A stretch of DNA of 63,928 bases, counting the filler. It is 5 parts of 5 records of this genome, joined end to end, with 100 filler letters (N's around TTAATTAATTAA, not from the genome) between each part and the next. Parts side by side here need not be neighbours in the genome. Positions count along the whole stretch, not along the records: positions 1 to 17,456 come from SRR31156797_1450; 4 more parts are not named here. One strand, given 5' to 3'. A program made the translations under genes and the position numbers. Positions 1 through 10,220 of this stretch are shown here, one piece after another (within the stretch, counting starts at the first letter, position 1; each line of letters begins with the position of its first letter). Under the pieces are notes generated by a model. That model made no database searches. It saw nothing but the letters and a program-made list of their open reading frames with translations, and had not been told where the DNA came from.

Positions 1-178
1 GAGGTTTTCATATGGAGTATCCCATCAAATTCTGCCTCTTCCACCGCACCCGCTTTTCCCTGTTCCGGGGGGAGCAAGACACCTTAAGAAACATTTCAAC
101 TTCAAAAAAAGCGAAAAAAGAACAACCGCCTTCAAGGGTCGCTTGAGAATGCTCAGGAGAGCCTTTAAAGGAGCGCCT

Positions 179-1660
179 ATGAAAACTTTGCTGGTTTATC
201 CCGAGTACCCGGATACCTTTTGGAGTTTCAAATACGCCCTTAAATTCATCGGAAAAAGAGCGGCCCTGCCTCCCCTGGGCCTTCTGACGGTAGGCGCCAT
301 GCTGCCCAAAGAGTGGCCGAAAAGGCTGGTTGATGTGAATGTGACGAAACTCAATGACAGAGACCTGTCATGGGCTGATTGGGTGTTTATCAGCGGCATG
401 GTTTTGCAGAGAGCGTCAGCGCGTAAAATCATCGCCCGGTGCAAGGCGGCGAATCTCAAGGTCATCGCCGGCGGACCGTTATTTACCAGCGAATATGATC
501 AATTTAAAGATGTGGACCATTTTGTGCTGAATGAGGCGGAACTGACCCTGCCATCCTTTCTGGCGGATATGGAGGAAGGGCTCGCTCAGCGCATCTATGA
601 GACGCCCGGGTTTTGCGATATTCATGGAACGCCGGCGCCCCTGTGGGAATTGATCGATTTTAAACATTACGCCACCATGGGCGTCCAGTTTTCGCGCGGT
701 TGTCCGTTCAATTGCGATTTTTGCAATATAACCGCATTGTTAGGGCATCGGTCACGCATGAAAACGGCCGAGCAGATTATTGCCGAGCTGGACGGACTTT
801 ATAATCTGGGATGGCGCGGCCCCGGCTTTTTTGTGGATGACAACTTTATCGGCAACAAGGGGTATCTGAAGAAGCATATTTTGCCCGCACTCATCAGGTG
901 GCAGAAAGAGAGGAAGGGATTTCCGTTTAACACGGAGGCTTCGGTCAATCTGGCCGATGATCCGGCATTGATGGAGATGATGGTCAAAGCGGGTTTTGAT
1001 ACGGTCTTTATCGGTATTGAAACGCCCAATGAAGAAAGCCTGGGGGAATGCAACAAGCAGCAGAACCGGAACCGGGACTTGGTGGAGAGTGTGAAGCGCA
1101 TACAGCGGGCCGGACTGCAAGTGCAGGGCGGTTTCATTGTGGGGTTCGACAGCGACACGCCTTCCATCTTTCAGCGGCAGATTGAGTTTATCCAAAAGAG
1201 CGGCATTGTGACGGCCATGGTGGGCTTGCTGAACGCTCCTCCCGGCACAAGGCTTCACGAACGGATGAGAGAAGAGGGCCGTCTCATTAACGTTATGTCC
1301 GGAGACAACGCAGACGGCACAACCAACATCCTTCCTAGAATGGGGCTTGATGTTTTGCGTGAAGGGTACGGAAACTTGATGCATCACATTTACTCGCCCA
1401 AGCACTATTATAGACGAGCGAGGACCTTCCTGCGGGAGTATAAGGCGCCAAAGGTTACGGCCCCCCTGGATGTGCAACGGATGTTGGCTGTCTTTCGTTC
1501 GAGCGTTCGCCTGGGTGTTTTTGGCGAAGAGCGATACCAATATTGGAAAATCATGTTCTGGACGCTTTTTCGGAGACCTAAAATGTTGCCGCTGACCATT
1601 ACACTTGCCATCTATGGCCATCATTTTCGCAAAGTCTCTAAGTTGAAGATTGTTCCGTGA
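179..1660 (+). CDS. B12-binding radical SAM protein (DUF4070/HpnP-like)
   Basis: N-terminal cobalamin-binding region (PPLGLLTV, GGP), CPFNCDFC CxxxCxxC motif, FVDDNF, GIE and GFD motifs; AAGGAG RBS before ATG at 179. Confidence 0.85.
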   Translation: MKTLLVYPEYPDTFWSFKYALKFIGKRAALPPLGLLTVGAMLPKEWPKRLVDVNVTKLNDRDLSWADWVFISGMVLQRASARKIIARCKAANLKVIAGGPLFTSEYDQFKDVDHFVLNEAELTLPSFLADMEEGLAQRIYETPGFCDIHGTPAPLWELIDFKHYATMGVQFSRGCPFNCDFCNITALLGHRSRMKTAEQIIAELDGLYNLGWRGPGFFVDDNFIGNKGYLKKHILPALIRWQKERKGFPFNTEASVNLADDPALMEMMVKAGFDTVFIGIETPNEESLGECNKQQNRNRDLVESVKRIQRAGLQVQGGFIVGFDSDTPSIFQRQIEFIQKSGIVTAMVGLLNAPPGTRLHERMREEGRLINVMSGDNADGTTNILPRMGLDVLREGYGNLMHHIYSPKHYYRRARTFLREYKAPKVTAPLDVQRMLAVFRSSVRLGVFGEERYQYWKIMFWTLFRRPKMLPLTITLAIYGHHFRKVSKLKIVP

Positions 1661-1846
1661 GTGGGAAAGTCGTCAAGGGCTTTCATTTTTCCTGCTTAAT
1701 TCTTTAGCCCCCCCTCCGGAGAAGGGCCACGATTATCCCTTCAAATCCATGAATGGACTGCCTTATAAAGAGCTCGGCACCATAAAGAAAAAATGGTATA
1801 ATATAATTTTTAAAACCAACCAATGTGCCTCAAGGAAAATAGAACC

Positions 1847-2623
1847 ATGTTTGAAGAATCCACTGAAGTTGTTTTCAACAAGCGGGTCGCGAGGAATACC
1901 TTTTTCATGGGGTTACGTTCAGCCTCAATGGCGGATACGTCCAAACCGGGCCAATTTGTGATGATGCAGGTCCGTTCGGGAATAGATCCCCTGTTAAGAC
2001 GGCCTTTTTCCATTTGCGGGGTCAACGGGGATGTGCTGCTGATCCTTTACCGGGTGGTCGGCCGGGGGACGGCTATCCTGAGCGAAAAGAAAACGGGGGA
2101 CCTTTTATCGGTTCTGGGACCCCTCGGCAGGGGGTTTGAACCTCCCGGAGAGGCGGTACGGCCCGTACTGGTGGCGGGCGGCATGGGCATCGCCCCCCTC
2201 ATTTTCCTGTCCCTGAACCTGGCCCGGAAAGATCAGAAATTCCTGGCCGGTTACGGCGTGTTATCGGAAGTCGTTCCCCTCGATCAACTGGGGATCGTGG
2301 GCCTGTCCCCCGCCATTGCCACCGAGGACGGTTCAAAGGGGCATCATGGGCGGGTGACGGAACTTTTGGAATCGGTCCTTTCAACCGTTAAAGAAAAACC
2401 TTCCGCCATCTTCACCTGCGGTCCCCTCCCCATGCTGAAAGCCGTGCGCCGAATAGCGCTCGGTCAAAAGATTCCCTGCCAGGTTTCCCTGGAATCCAAC
2501 ATGGCCTGCGGCCTGGGGGCCTGCCAGGGATGTGCCGTCAAAAAAGTCCCTGATTCCTATGCCCATGTGTGTCAGGACGGGCCGGTGTTTGACGCCGAAA
2601 CCCTGGACTGGGAGGTGTTTTAA
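1847..2623 (+). CDS. pyrK: Dihydroorotate dehydrogenase electron transfer subunit
   Basis: RRPFS FAD motif, GPLG, AGGMGIAP, MACGLGACQGC..C 2Fe-2S motif; adjacent to pyrD. Confidence 0.92.
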   Translation: MFEESTEVVFNKRVARNTFFMGLRSASMADTSKPGQFVMMQVRSGIDPLLRRPFSICGVNGDVLLILYRVVGRGTAILSEKKTGDLLSVLGPLGRGFEPPGEAVRPVLVAGGMGIAPLIFLSLNLARKDQKFLAGYGVLSEVVPLDQLGIVGLSPAIATEDGSKGHHGRVTELLESVLSTVKEKPSAIFTCGPLPMLKAVRRIALGQKIPCQVSLESNMACGLGACQGCAVKKVPDSYAHVCQDGPVFDAETLDWEVF

Positions 2624-2625
2624 AC

Positions 2626-3543
2626 ATGGACAAACCTGATCTTTCGGTTCAAGCGGGCCCTCTCAGTTTCAAGAATCCGGTTCTTACCGCGTCCGGAACC
2701 TTTGGCTATGGCCGGGAATTGGCTCCCCTCATGGACCCGAACCTTCTGGGGGGTATCGTGGTCAAGGGTATCTCCCTCAAACCCATGGCCGGCAACCCGC
2801 CCCCCCGTATTGTGGAGACCCCCTGCGGCATGCTCAATGCCATCGGCCTTGCCAATGTGGGGCTGGAAAATTTTTTGTCGGAAAAGCTCCCCTGGCTCCG
2901 GAAGCTGGATACCCGTGTCATCGTGAACATCTACGGCCATACCCTTGATGAGTACGGCGCCGTGGCGGCGGGCCTGAAAGGGGTTTCGGGGATTGCGGCC
3001 CTTGAGGTCAATATCAGCTGCCCCAACGTGGAGCAGGGGGGGATGGCCTTCGGCACGGATCCCGTGGTGGCGGCCCGGGTAACGGAACGGGTCCTCAGGG
3101 AGACGGACAAGCCGGTAATTGTGAAACTCTCCCCCAATGTCACGGATATTGGCGCCGTCGCCGGGGCCGTGGAACGGGCCGGGGCCCACGCCCTCTCCCT
3201 GATCAATACCCTCACCGGCATGAGTATTGATATCGAGAGACGCACGGCCAGACTGGCCAATGGGTCAGGGGGGCTGTCGGGACCGGCCATCCGACCGGTC
3301 GCCCTACACATGGTGCACCGGGTGGTCAAGACGGTCCGTATCCCCGTCATCGGCATGGGAGGTATCATGACGGCGAGCGATGCCCTGGAATTTCTCATCG
3401 CCGGTGCCCGGGCCGTCCAGGTGGGAACCGCCAATTTTGCAAATCCCAGGGCGTCCCTGGATATTCTGGAGGGTATTGAACGGTTTTTGGGGGACCGGGG
3501 CATCCATTCCGTCAAGGATATTATCGGATCACTGAAATCATGA
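2626..3543 (+). CDS. pyrD: Dihydroorotate dehydrogenase family 1B catalytic subunit
   Basis: ASGTFG, NAIGL, NISCPN, KLSPN, INT and GGLSG motifs. Confidence 0.95.
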   Translation: MDKPDLSVQAGPLSFKNPVLTASGTFGYGRELAPLMDPNLLGGIVVKGISLKPMAGNPPPRIVETPCGMLNAIGLANVGLENFLSEKLPWLRKLDTRVIVNIYGHTLDEYGAVAAGLKGVSGIAALEVNISCPNVEQGGMAFGTDPVVAARVTERVLRETDKPVIVKLSPNVTDIGAVAGAVERAGAHALSLINTLTGMSIDIERRTARLANGSGGLSGPAIRPVALHMVHRVVKTVRIPVIGMGGIMTASDALEFLIAGARAVQVGTANFANPRASLDILEGIERFLGDRGIHSVKDIIGSLKS

Positions 3544-3562
3544 GGAACAGGGAGGAACCGCA

Positions 3563-4375
3563 ATGAATGTTTCATGGCGTAGCGGAGCTGTTTTGCCGGT
3601 ATTGCTGATGGCGGCCATTTTTATGGGGACCCCTTCCCGGGCGGTCTGTGAGGAACCGTGTGTTGCCCGGCTGGTGGAACTGAAACAGAGTGATCGGGAC
3701 GCCCTGGCCGCTTTGGGAAAAGGGGTGGTGGGGAAGGGACTGCCGGCCTGTCCCCTTGTGCATACGGCGGGGTTGATGCCGTTATGTGACGGAAAGTGGG
3801 CTTACCGCATCATCGCCGGAGAGGATGAGGGCGTGCGGCAGGAAGCCGCCATTTCCAAAACAAAGGGGAACCGGGACCTATGGCATCGGACCGTAGCGGG
3901 AGATTGTACCGAATTTTATTCGGTCGATGGAAAGGGCGCCGTCAATCTGATCTCCGAAATAGACCTGAAGCAGAATGTCATCACCCATTACACCCCCATG
4001 TTTCCGGTTATGTTTGACGGTATGAAACCGGGGCAGACATCACAGGTTGAAACAGAAGTAAAGGTCTATGATTTACATGATCCCACCCATCTGAAATACA
4101 AGGGCCGGCTCAAAGTGATCCATACCTATTTGGGTGCCTATGAAATAACGGTTCCGTCGGGAAAGTACGAAACGGTTCTGATCAAGTCTCTCTATACCGG
4201 AAAGGTGGGACCGGCCCGGGTGGTGGACGGCGGGTATGTGTTTTACGCCCCGGGCGTGGGTGTTGTGGCATCCGTTGAACGGATGCACGTGACCGCATTT
4301 CTATTTTATGACAAGCGCACCAAAACCCCGAAAGTGCTCATAGAGCGTAAGATTAAACCGATTTCGGGGCATTAG
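3563..4375 (+). CDS. Exported hypothetical protein
   Basis: Signal-peptide-like N-terminus, GGAGG RBS, TVPSGKY..YAPGVG beta-rich motif. Confidence 0.65.
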   Translation: MNVSWRSGAVLPVLLMAAIFMGTPSRAVCEEPCVARLVELKQSDRDALAALGKGVVGKGLPACPLVHTAGLMPLCDGKWAYRIIAGEDEGVRQEAAISKTKGNRDLWHRTVAGDCTEFYSVDGKGAVNLISEIDLKQNVITHYTPMFPVMFDGMKPGQTSQVETEVKVYDLHDPTHLKYKGRLKVIHTYLGAYEITVPSGKYETVLIKSLYTGKVGPARVVDGGYVFYAPGVGVVASVERMHVTAFLFYDKRTKTPKVLIERKIKPISGH

Positions 4376-4386
4376 CGAGTCTCCAT

Positions 4387-5286
4387 TCACAAATAGCGCA
4401 CCTCCGCCAACCGGCGGGGGATCGTTTTTCTAAATCTGTATTTGGGATATCCGAGGGTAACGGCGGCGTACACCTCGCGCCGGTCCTGCAGGTCCAATAT
4501 CCGCCTGACCTCCGGATCTCTGTTACATGCCGGCGGGATCAGGTCGTTGAAACATGTTCCCACTCCGAGGGACTGCCCCATTAAGATGGACTGATAGGCG
4601 GCAATCACGCAATTGGGAGCGGCCACGGGCTCAAGGATGGGGCTGTGAAAGAGCATCAATGCGGGACAGTCTCTTAAAATCTCATTTCCCCGGCCGTCCC
4701 GGTACCATTTAATATACCAGTGCATGCCGGGCATAACGAAATGCGCCAGCGTGTTAAGTGACGGCGCCCCGACGCGTCGTTTGATTATAAATCGGGCAAT
4801 GGGATTTTTCAGCTGCTTCTCCAGATCCTCGTAGAGCTTGTAGAAACGCTCGGACAATTTACTCAGAATCCCGGGTGTATCAACCACAATCACGCCGGTT
4901 GATCGGTTGGCGGCGCCGGTGGGCGCCAGATGGGCCGCTTCAAGGATTCGATCCAGAAGCTCGCGGGGCACCGGCTTTTCGCTGTATCGGCGAACGGATC
5001 GGCGTTGTTTCAGCAAATGGAGCAGTCGGTGGTCGTCCAAGGGTTCCGGCCCATCAACGGGCTCTCCCGCCCGCTTATGGACGTGAACTGCGTCGTTGGG
5101 GCAAACCGCCTGGCAGTGACCGCACTCCATGCAGAGATCGATCCTTTCCGCCGATGGGATTGTGACCTTGCGGCCGTTTTGGGTTACGGATTCGGGTATG
5201 TGCCGCGGGCAGACATGGCCGCAGACGCCGCATGCTTCGCACTTATTGTCGTCGATGCTGATCATGGGATGCCTCCCTTCCGTCAA
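4387..5286 (-). CDS. Nitroreductase with N-terminal 2x[4Fe-4S] domain
   Basis: Two CxxCxxCxxxCP motifs, RRSVRRY, APTGAN, LGYP. Confidence 0.9.
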   Translation of the reverse strand: MTEGRHPMISIDDNKCEACGVCGHVCPRHIPESVTQNGRKVTIPSAERIDLCMECGHCQAVCPNDAVHVHKRAGEPVDGPEPLDDHRLLHLLKQRRSVRRYSEKPVPRELLDRILEAAHLAPTGAANRSTGVIVVDTPGILSKLSERFYKLYEDLEKQLKNPIARFIIKRRVGAPSLNTLAHFVMPGMHWYIKWYRDGRGNEILRDCPALMLFHSPILEPVAAPNCVIAAYQSILMGQSLGVGTCFNDLIPPACNRDPEVRRILDLQDRREVYAAVTLGYPKYRFRKTIPRRLAEVRYL

Positions 5287-5321
5287 TCATGGTTTCGGCA
5301 GGATCAATCCTGCAAAAAACG

Positions 5322-6011
5322 CTATTCCCCGATGCCGCGCATTTTATTGATGCGCCGCAGAAAAAGCCGTTGAATAATATAGTCCCTGCTTAAACGGGCG
5401 TTTTTGGTCATTTGAAGGGTGATTTCCGCATCCCGTTCATAGGACAGATCATGGGTGATCCGATTTCTGAGTTCCACCTCACCCTCCACCATTTTCTCAC
5501 CCAGATCAACATAGAAGGCCATATCGCTCACCTCGATTCCCCAGGAGAGGGCATCGGCAAACGCCATCCCCATGGCCGCATCCTCCTCGTCGAACCGACC
5601 CTCTTCCAGGGGAAGGAGCAACCGGGCCCGGGTGAGCTTTTCGATTTGCATATCCGTTAAGCCGGTCAATTCACGAAAACCGGAAAGGTCGAATTTTTTA
5701 CCCTGATTCACGGGGCCGAAGACCAATTCGTTTAATTCCGTTCGAATCCGGTGGTCGGTCCCTTTGCTCTTTTTTTTTAAGATCTTTTTGATCTCCGCCA
5801 AGGATAGACGATGACGGCCCTGAAGATTGCGGATGAAGCTTATGCGCTCAACGCATCGGGGATCGTAATAGGCCATATTCCTGCCGGCCTTAACCGGCAA
5901 GGGGAGCAACCCTTGGGAAATGTAGTACAAAATCGTCGATTTGGGGACCCCCGTTGCTTCCACCAGTTCCTTCATCTGCATCCCCGGTTTTTCGCGGCGT
6001 TTTGAATCCAT
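5322..6011 (-). CDS. MerR-family transcriptional regulator
   Basis: MKELVEATGVPKSTILYYISQGLLP MerR HTH; a second degenerate HTH follows. Confidence 0.85.
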   Translation of the reverse strand: MDSKRREKPGMQMKELVEATGVPKSTILYYISQGLLPLPVKAGRNMAYYDPRCVERISFIRNLQGRHRLSLAEIKKILKKKSKGTDHRIRTELNELVFGPVNQGKKFDLSGFRELTGLTDMQIEKLTRARLLLPLEEGRFDEEDAAMGMAFADALSWGIEVSDMAFYVDLGEKMVEGEVELRNRITHDLSYERDAEITLQMTKNARLSRDYIIQRLFLRRINKMRGIGE

Positions 6012-6034
6012 CGGTTTCTCTCCCGAATAGGGCG

Positions 6035-6083
6035 TTCATTCAATATCCGGAATGAATATAATGTTAAAAATGTAAAGTGTCAA
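6035..6083 (-). promoter_or_regulatory. Sigma70 promoter plus inverted-repeat operator for merR-nitroreductase
   Basis: Minus strand TTGACA(6083-6078)-17 nt-TATATT(6060-6055); TTCATTC-N8-GAATGAA palindrome at 6035-6056. Confidence 0.6.
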
Positions 6084-6308
6084 GTGGCACTTCACGCTAA
6101 TTTAGGGTGTCCGCCCACGAATGAGAAAATTTGCCGGATCCGGTCATAACTGAATTTCATTTTTAAAAAAACACAAAATTTTTCATGTGATGCAAGAAAT
6201 TTCTTGCTATTTTTCCCTAAAAAATAGTTTATTTCTTCCGATTGCTTCTTTGCTCTGCAAATCAACCCGAGACCTTTCTTACGATGCACTCAAATTCAGG
6301 AGGGCGGC

Positions 6309-7163
6309 ATGGCGCGGGGAGACCAGTTGGGACGGCAGTGGAAGATCATTCAAACCCTCATGGCATCCGGAAAGGGAAAATCGGCCGCCGAGTTGGCGGC
6401 AGAGATTGAGACCACCCCCCGGACGGTTTACCGGGACCTTCAAGCGCTTCAAGTGGCCGGTTTTCCCATCTATACCCAACGAACGGAGGGCAAAAGCCTG
6501 TGGTCCGTGCTGGATACGGTGAAAAACCGGATCCCCATCCCCTTTACGGAACTCATGGCGCTTTATTTCAGCCGGGACATGCTCAACGTCTTTAAAGACA
6601 CGGTCTTTTTCGAGTCCCTGGAATCCCTCTTTCAGAAAATCAGGACAACCCTCCCCAATGAATCCCGCACCTATCTGGGCAATTTGCAGAAACGCCTTCA
6701 TCTCTCCGTGAAGCCCTACCAGGATTACGGCCGGTACAAGGAAATTATCAACGGGGTCGTGCATGCGGCCGTCCACCGAAAAACCATTGAGATGGTTTAT
6801 TTTACCATGAGCCGGAAGAAGGAGAGCCGCCGCCGGGTGGACCCGTACCGGGTCTGGTTTTACAACGGTACTTTCTATCTGATCGGTCTGTGCCGCCTGC
6901 GGCGGGAGGTAAGGATTTTTGCGGTGGACCGGATCAAGATGCTCCACCGGACCCATGAGACCTTTGATGTGCCCAAGGGTTTTCCGTGGAGGATTTCATG
7001 GAAAGCAGTTTCGGCGTATATCAGGGGGCCCCAACCCATGTGGCGGTTTGGTTTCATCCGGATGCGGCGGGTTACATCAGGGAAAAGATCTGGCATCCGT
7101 CCCAGAAAATCCATTTTCAAAAATGGCTTCGTCTGGATGGGTCCCCCGGTTGAAAAACGCTGA
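6309..7163 (+). pseudogene. HTH-WYL-(WCX) transcriptional regulator, frameshifted and C-terminally truncated
   Basis: wHTH (ELAAEIETTPRTVYRDLQAL) and WYL domain (RRVDPY..YLIG..RIFAVDRI); homology continues after about 6980 in another frame (SVEDFMESSFGVY..REKIWHPSQ). Confidence 0.8.
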
Positions 7164-7437
7164 CCCACGGGTTGCCCGTTTTTTCCCTGACACCCGTTTT
7201 TTTTTTTTAATTTAAAAAAATCGCATTTTTTCAACCGACCTGTGACCGCATCTGACAAAACAGGGTGGTATAAAGGGACGGGGTGGATGATGACTTTTTA
7301 ATGATGGAATCGCAGCCATTGCATCTACGCTTATCAAAAAGGCACGCCATATTGGCCCTTAAAGCAGCACGGCGGACTTTGGCCATAAAGATGATGCGAA
7401 AGATGACATTGTCAAAGGTTTGTTTTGGGAGAATATT

Positions 7438-10220
7438 ATGAATGATTTCAAATATTTTTTTCAGCGATTGACCCGTGGAAAGCATCCTGTTCCACCTTAC
7501 CCCTGGCAGACGGCCCTTGCCGCCCAGGACCGGTGTTCGAATCGCCTCATCCGCATACCCACCGGATTCGGCAAAACCCTCGGCGTCCTTGGGGCATGGG
7601 TATGGCATCGCGTGGAAAAAGATGATGATCGATGGCCCAGGCGGCTCGTGTGGTGCCTGCCCATGCGTGTGCTGGTGGAGCAGACATACCATGAGGCCTG
7701 TGCATGCCTTAGAAGGTTGGGGCTATTATGGGACAACCGCTTGTCGCATTCGGGAAAAATCGGGGTTCATCTTATGATGGGGGGAGCCGATTCGGCCAAT
7801 GGCATCTTTACCCGGAGCACTGCGCCGTGCTCATCGGGACCCAGGACATGCTCCTGTCTCGTTCCCTGAATCGCGGGTATGCCTCTCCGCGTGCTCGGTG
7901 GCCCATGGAGTTTGGGTTGTTGAACCATGACTCTCTTTGGGTAATGGACGAGGTCCAGTTGATGGATGTGGGTCTTGCCACATCAGCGCAGCTTCAGGCG
8001 TTTCGCGACCATGACGCCCATGCGGGAAAGAGCCCGCGGCCCTGCGCCACGTGGTGGATGAGTGCAACCCTTCAAACCCAATGGCTCCGCAAAAGTCCGG
8101 ACACCGGCAAAATGGTTGACGGACTGATGCATACCGGAATTTCTCCTCCTGAACGGATTGGGCATCTTTGGGATGATGTGGCTAAACCGATTTATACGGA
8201 AACAGAGATTCACGATGCCAAGGGCATGGCTGCGCTGATCGAAGGGGAGCATCTAAAATCGGATGTCCATTCCCGGGACCTCACCCTGGTCATTGTGAAC
8301 ACGGTCGATTTTGCCGTGGGGGTCTATGATGTTTTGAACCGTAGCCGTTTGCTGAAAGACTCGGAAACGGATATTCGGCTTATCCACAGCCGTTTTCGGC
8401 CGGCGGAAAGGCGTTTTTGGCGTGAAACATTCCTAAACCGAACTCAGTGCAGTTCGGGAATCAACCGGATTATCATTTCCACCCAGGTGGTGGAGGCGGG
8501 CGTGGACATATCGGCGCACCTCCTTATCACCGAACTTGCGCCATGGGCGAGCATGGTGCAGCGCTTCGGGCGTTGCGCCCGCTGGGGAGGGACGGCCCGG
8601 GTGGTTGTGGTGGATTTGCCGGCCGGCAAAACCAAAGCCGCCCTGAAAAAGGGTGAGGAAAAATATCAGCGGGCATTAAAAAAGGGCAAGACGTCTGAAA
8701 AACCCGTTGATGAAGCCGCCTTGACGGAAAAAACCGAAACCAAGGAAGCGCCGCCCTACGGCGTGGATGAACTACGGGCCGCCCGGAAGGGGCTGGCCCG
8801 TCTTGAGGATGCCGCCCCCATTTCACTGGAGGCTTTTGAAGATCAACATCAAAATATGCTGACGGATCTCTACCCTTTTGACCCCCTGCACCTGTTGCTT
8901 CATCACGAACTGCTGGAGCTGTTCGATACCGCGTCCGATCTTTCGGGAACGGACATGGATATCAGCCGGTTTATCCGATCGGGCGAGGAACGGGACCTGC
9001 ATGTTTTCTGGGTGGAAATCCCGGAAAAGGAAGCGCCGGACCCGAAGGAGAGGCCTTTACGGGATGCGCTTTGCGCCATTCCGGTGGGTAAAGCCCGAAA
9101 ATGGCTTTTTCAAAAAGCCAAAAGCCGCTCAAAAAAAAGAGGGATCCAAAACGGGATGCGTTCCTGGGTGTGGGATTGGCTTGACGGTGAGTGGCGGAAA
9201 ACGGAACCGAAGGACCTATATCCGGGCCGGACGGTTCTCGTGGCGTCCGATTGCGGCGGCTATGATAAAAATCGGGGTTGGCGCCCGGTTAGCAAAAAAC
9301 CGGTTGAACCCATATCCGCGGTTGCACCTCCTGCGGAGGAAATGGCCGACGCGGGCCGGGAAGGGGAACCCTTAAGTTTTTATGAATGGCAAACCATCGC
9401 CGTGCATGGACGGGAGACCGGAAGGATCGCTGAAAAAATCGCCGGGATTTTGATTCCGGATTGCCGAAACCTTTTCGGTCTGGTTGGTCGCTGGCACGAC
9501 GCGGGAAAGGGGCATCCGGCCTTCAACGGCTCCATAAGGGGTGAGAACCGGCCGGAACGCACCGACCTTGCCAAGGCGCCCAAAAGGGCCTGGCGTCCAT
9601 TGAACCGACTCTATCCCATGAAAGGTGAACCGAGACGGGCCGGATTCCGTCATGAAACCGCAAGCGTCCTGGCGCTTTTTTCAGTATTGAAAGATTGGAA
9701 CCCCGATCATGACGCCTTGCTGGGACCCTGGCGTGAACTGCTTTCATCCGCCGGGTTTGCACCGGAATCGGTATCCCGAAGAGACGGAGAACCCGACCCC
9801 CTTATGAAGGAAGTCCTGGATCTGACGGGGGATACATTCAACCTGGCGGCATATCTCATCTGCGCCCATCACGGGAAGGTCCGTATGGCCTGGCGCGCGG
9901 AGCCTTTTGATCAAGCCGCAAATGATGTTCAGCCGCGCATCCTGGGATTGAAGGAGGGCGATGAAATTCCGGGGATAACGCTTTCGGACCCGGATGGCGG
10001 CTTTTCCGAACTGCCCGGTTTCAGGGTCGGCCTGTCCATCGCCGGGGCCGGGGTCAGTCCGAAAACGGGCATGGCATGGACCGAGCGGGTGCTGAAACTG
10101 TTGGAGCGATACGGGCCTTTCACCCTGGCTTGGCTGGAAGCCCTCATCCGGGCCGCCGATCAACGCGCTTCCCGTCTCGAGGTAAAGGATGAACTCTTGA
10201 ATCCGGAGGAAAGACCATGA
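7438..10220 (+). CDS. cas3: Type I-G Cas3 (helicase with C-terminal HD nuclease), single frameshift near 7792
   Basis: PYPWQ, PTGFGKT and LPMRVLVEQ in ORF 7420-7869; GTQDML, DEVQ, SAT, STQVVEAGVD, QRFGR and C-terminal HDAGK/HE/HHGK/AAD in ORF 7728-10220. Confidence 0.9.

Noticed and set aside
12-146. 44-aa ORF with GAGG RBS upstream of the radical SAM gene, as a RiPP precursor
   Set aside because: No precursor-like features; the enzyme lacks RRE/SPASM domains; contig edge
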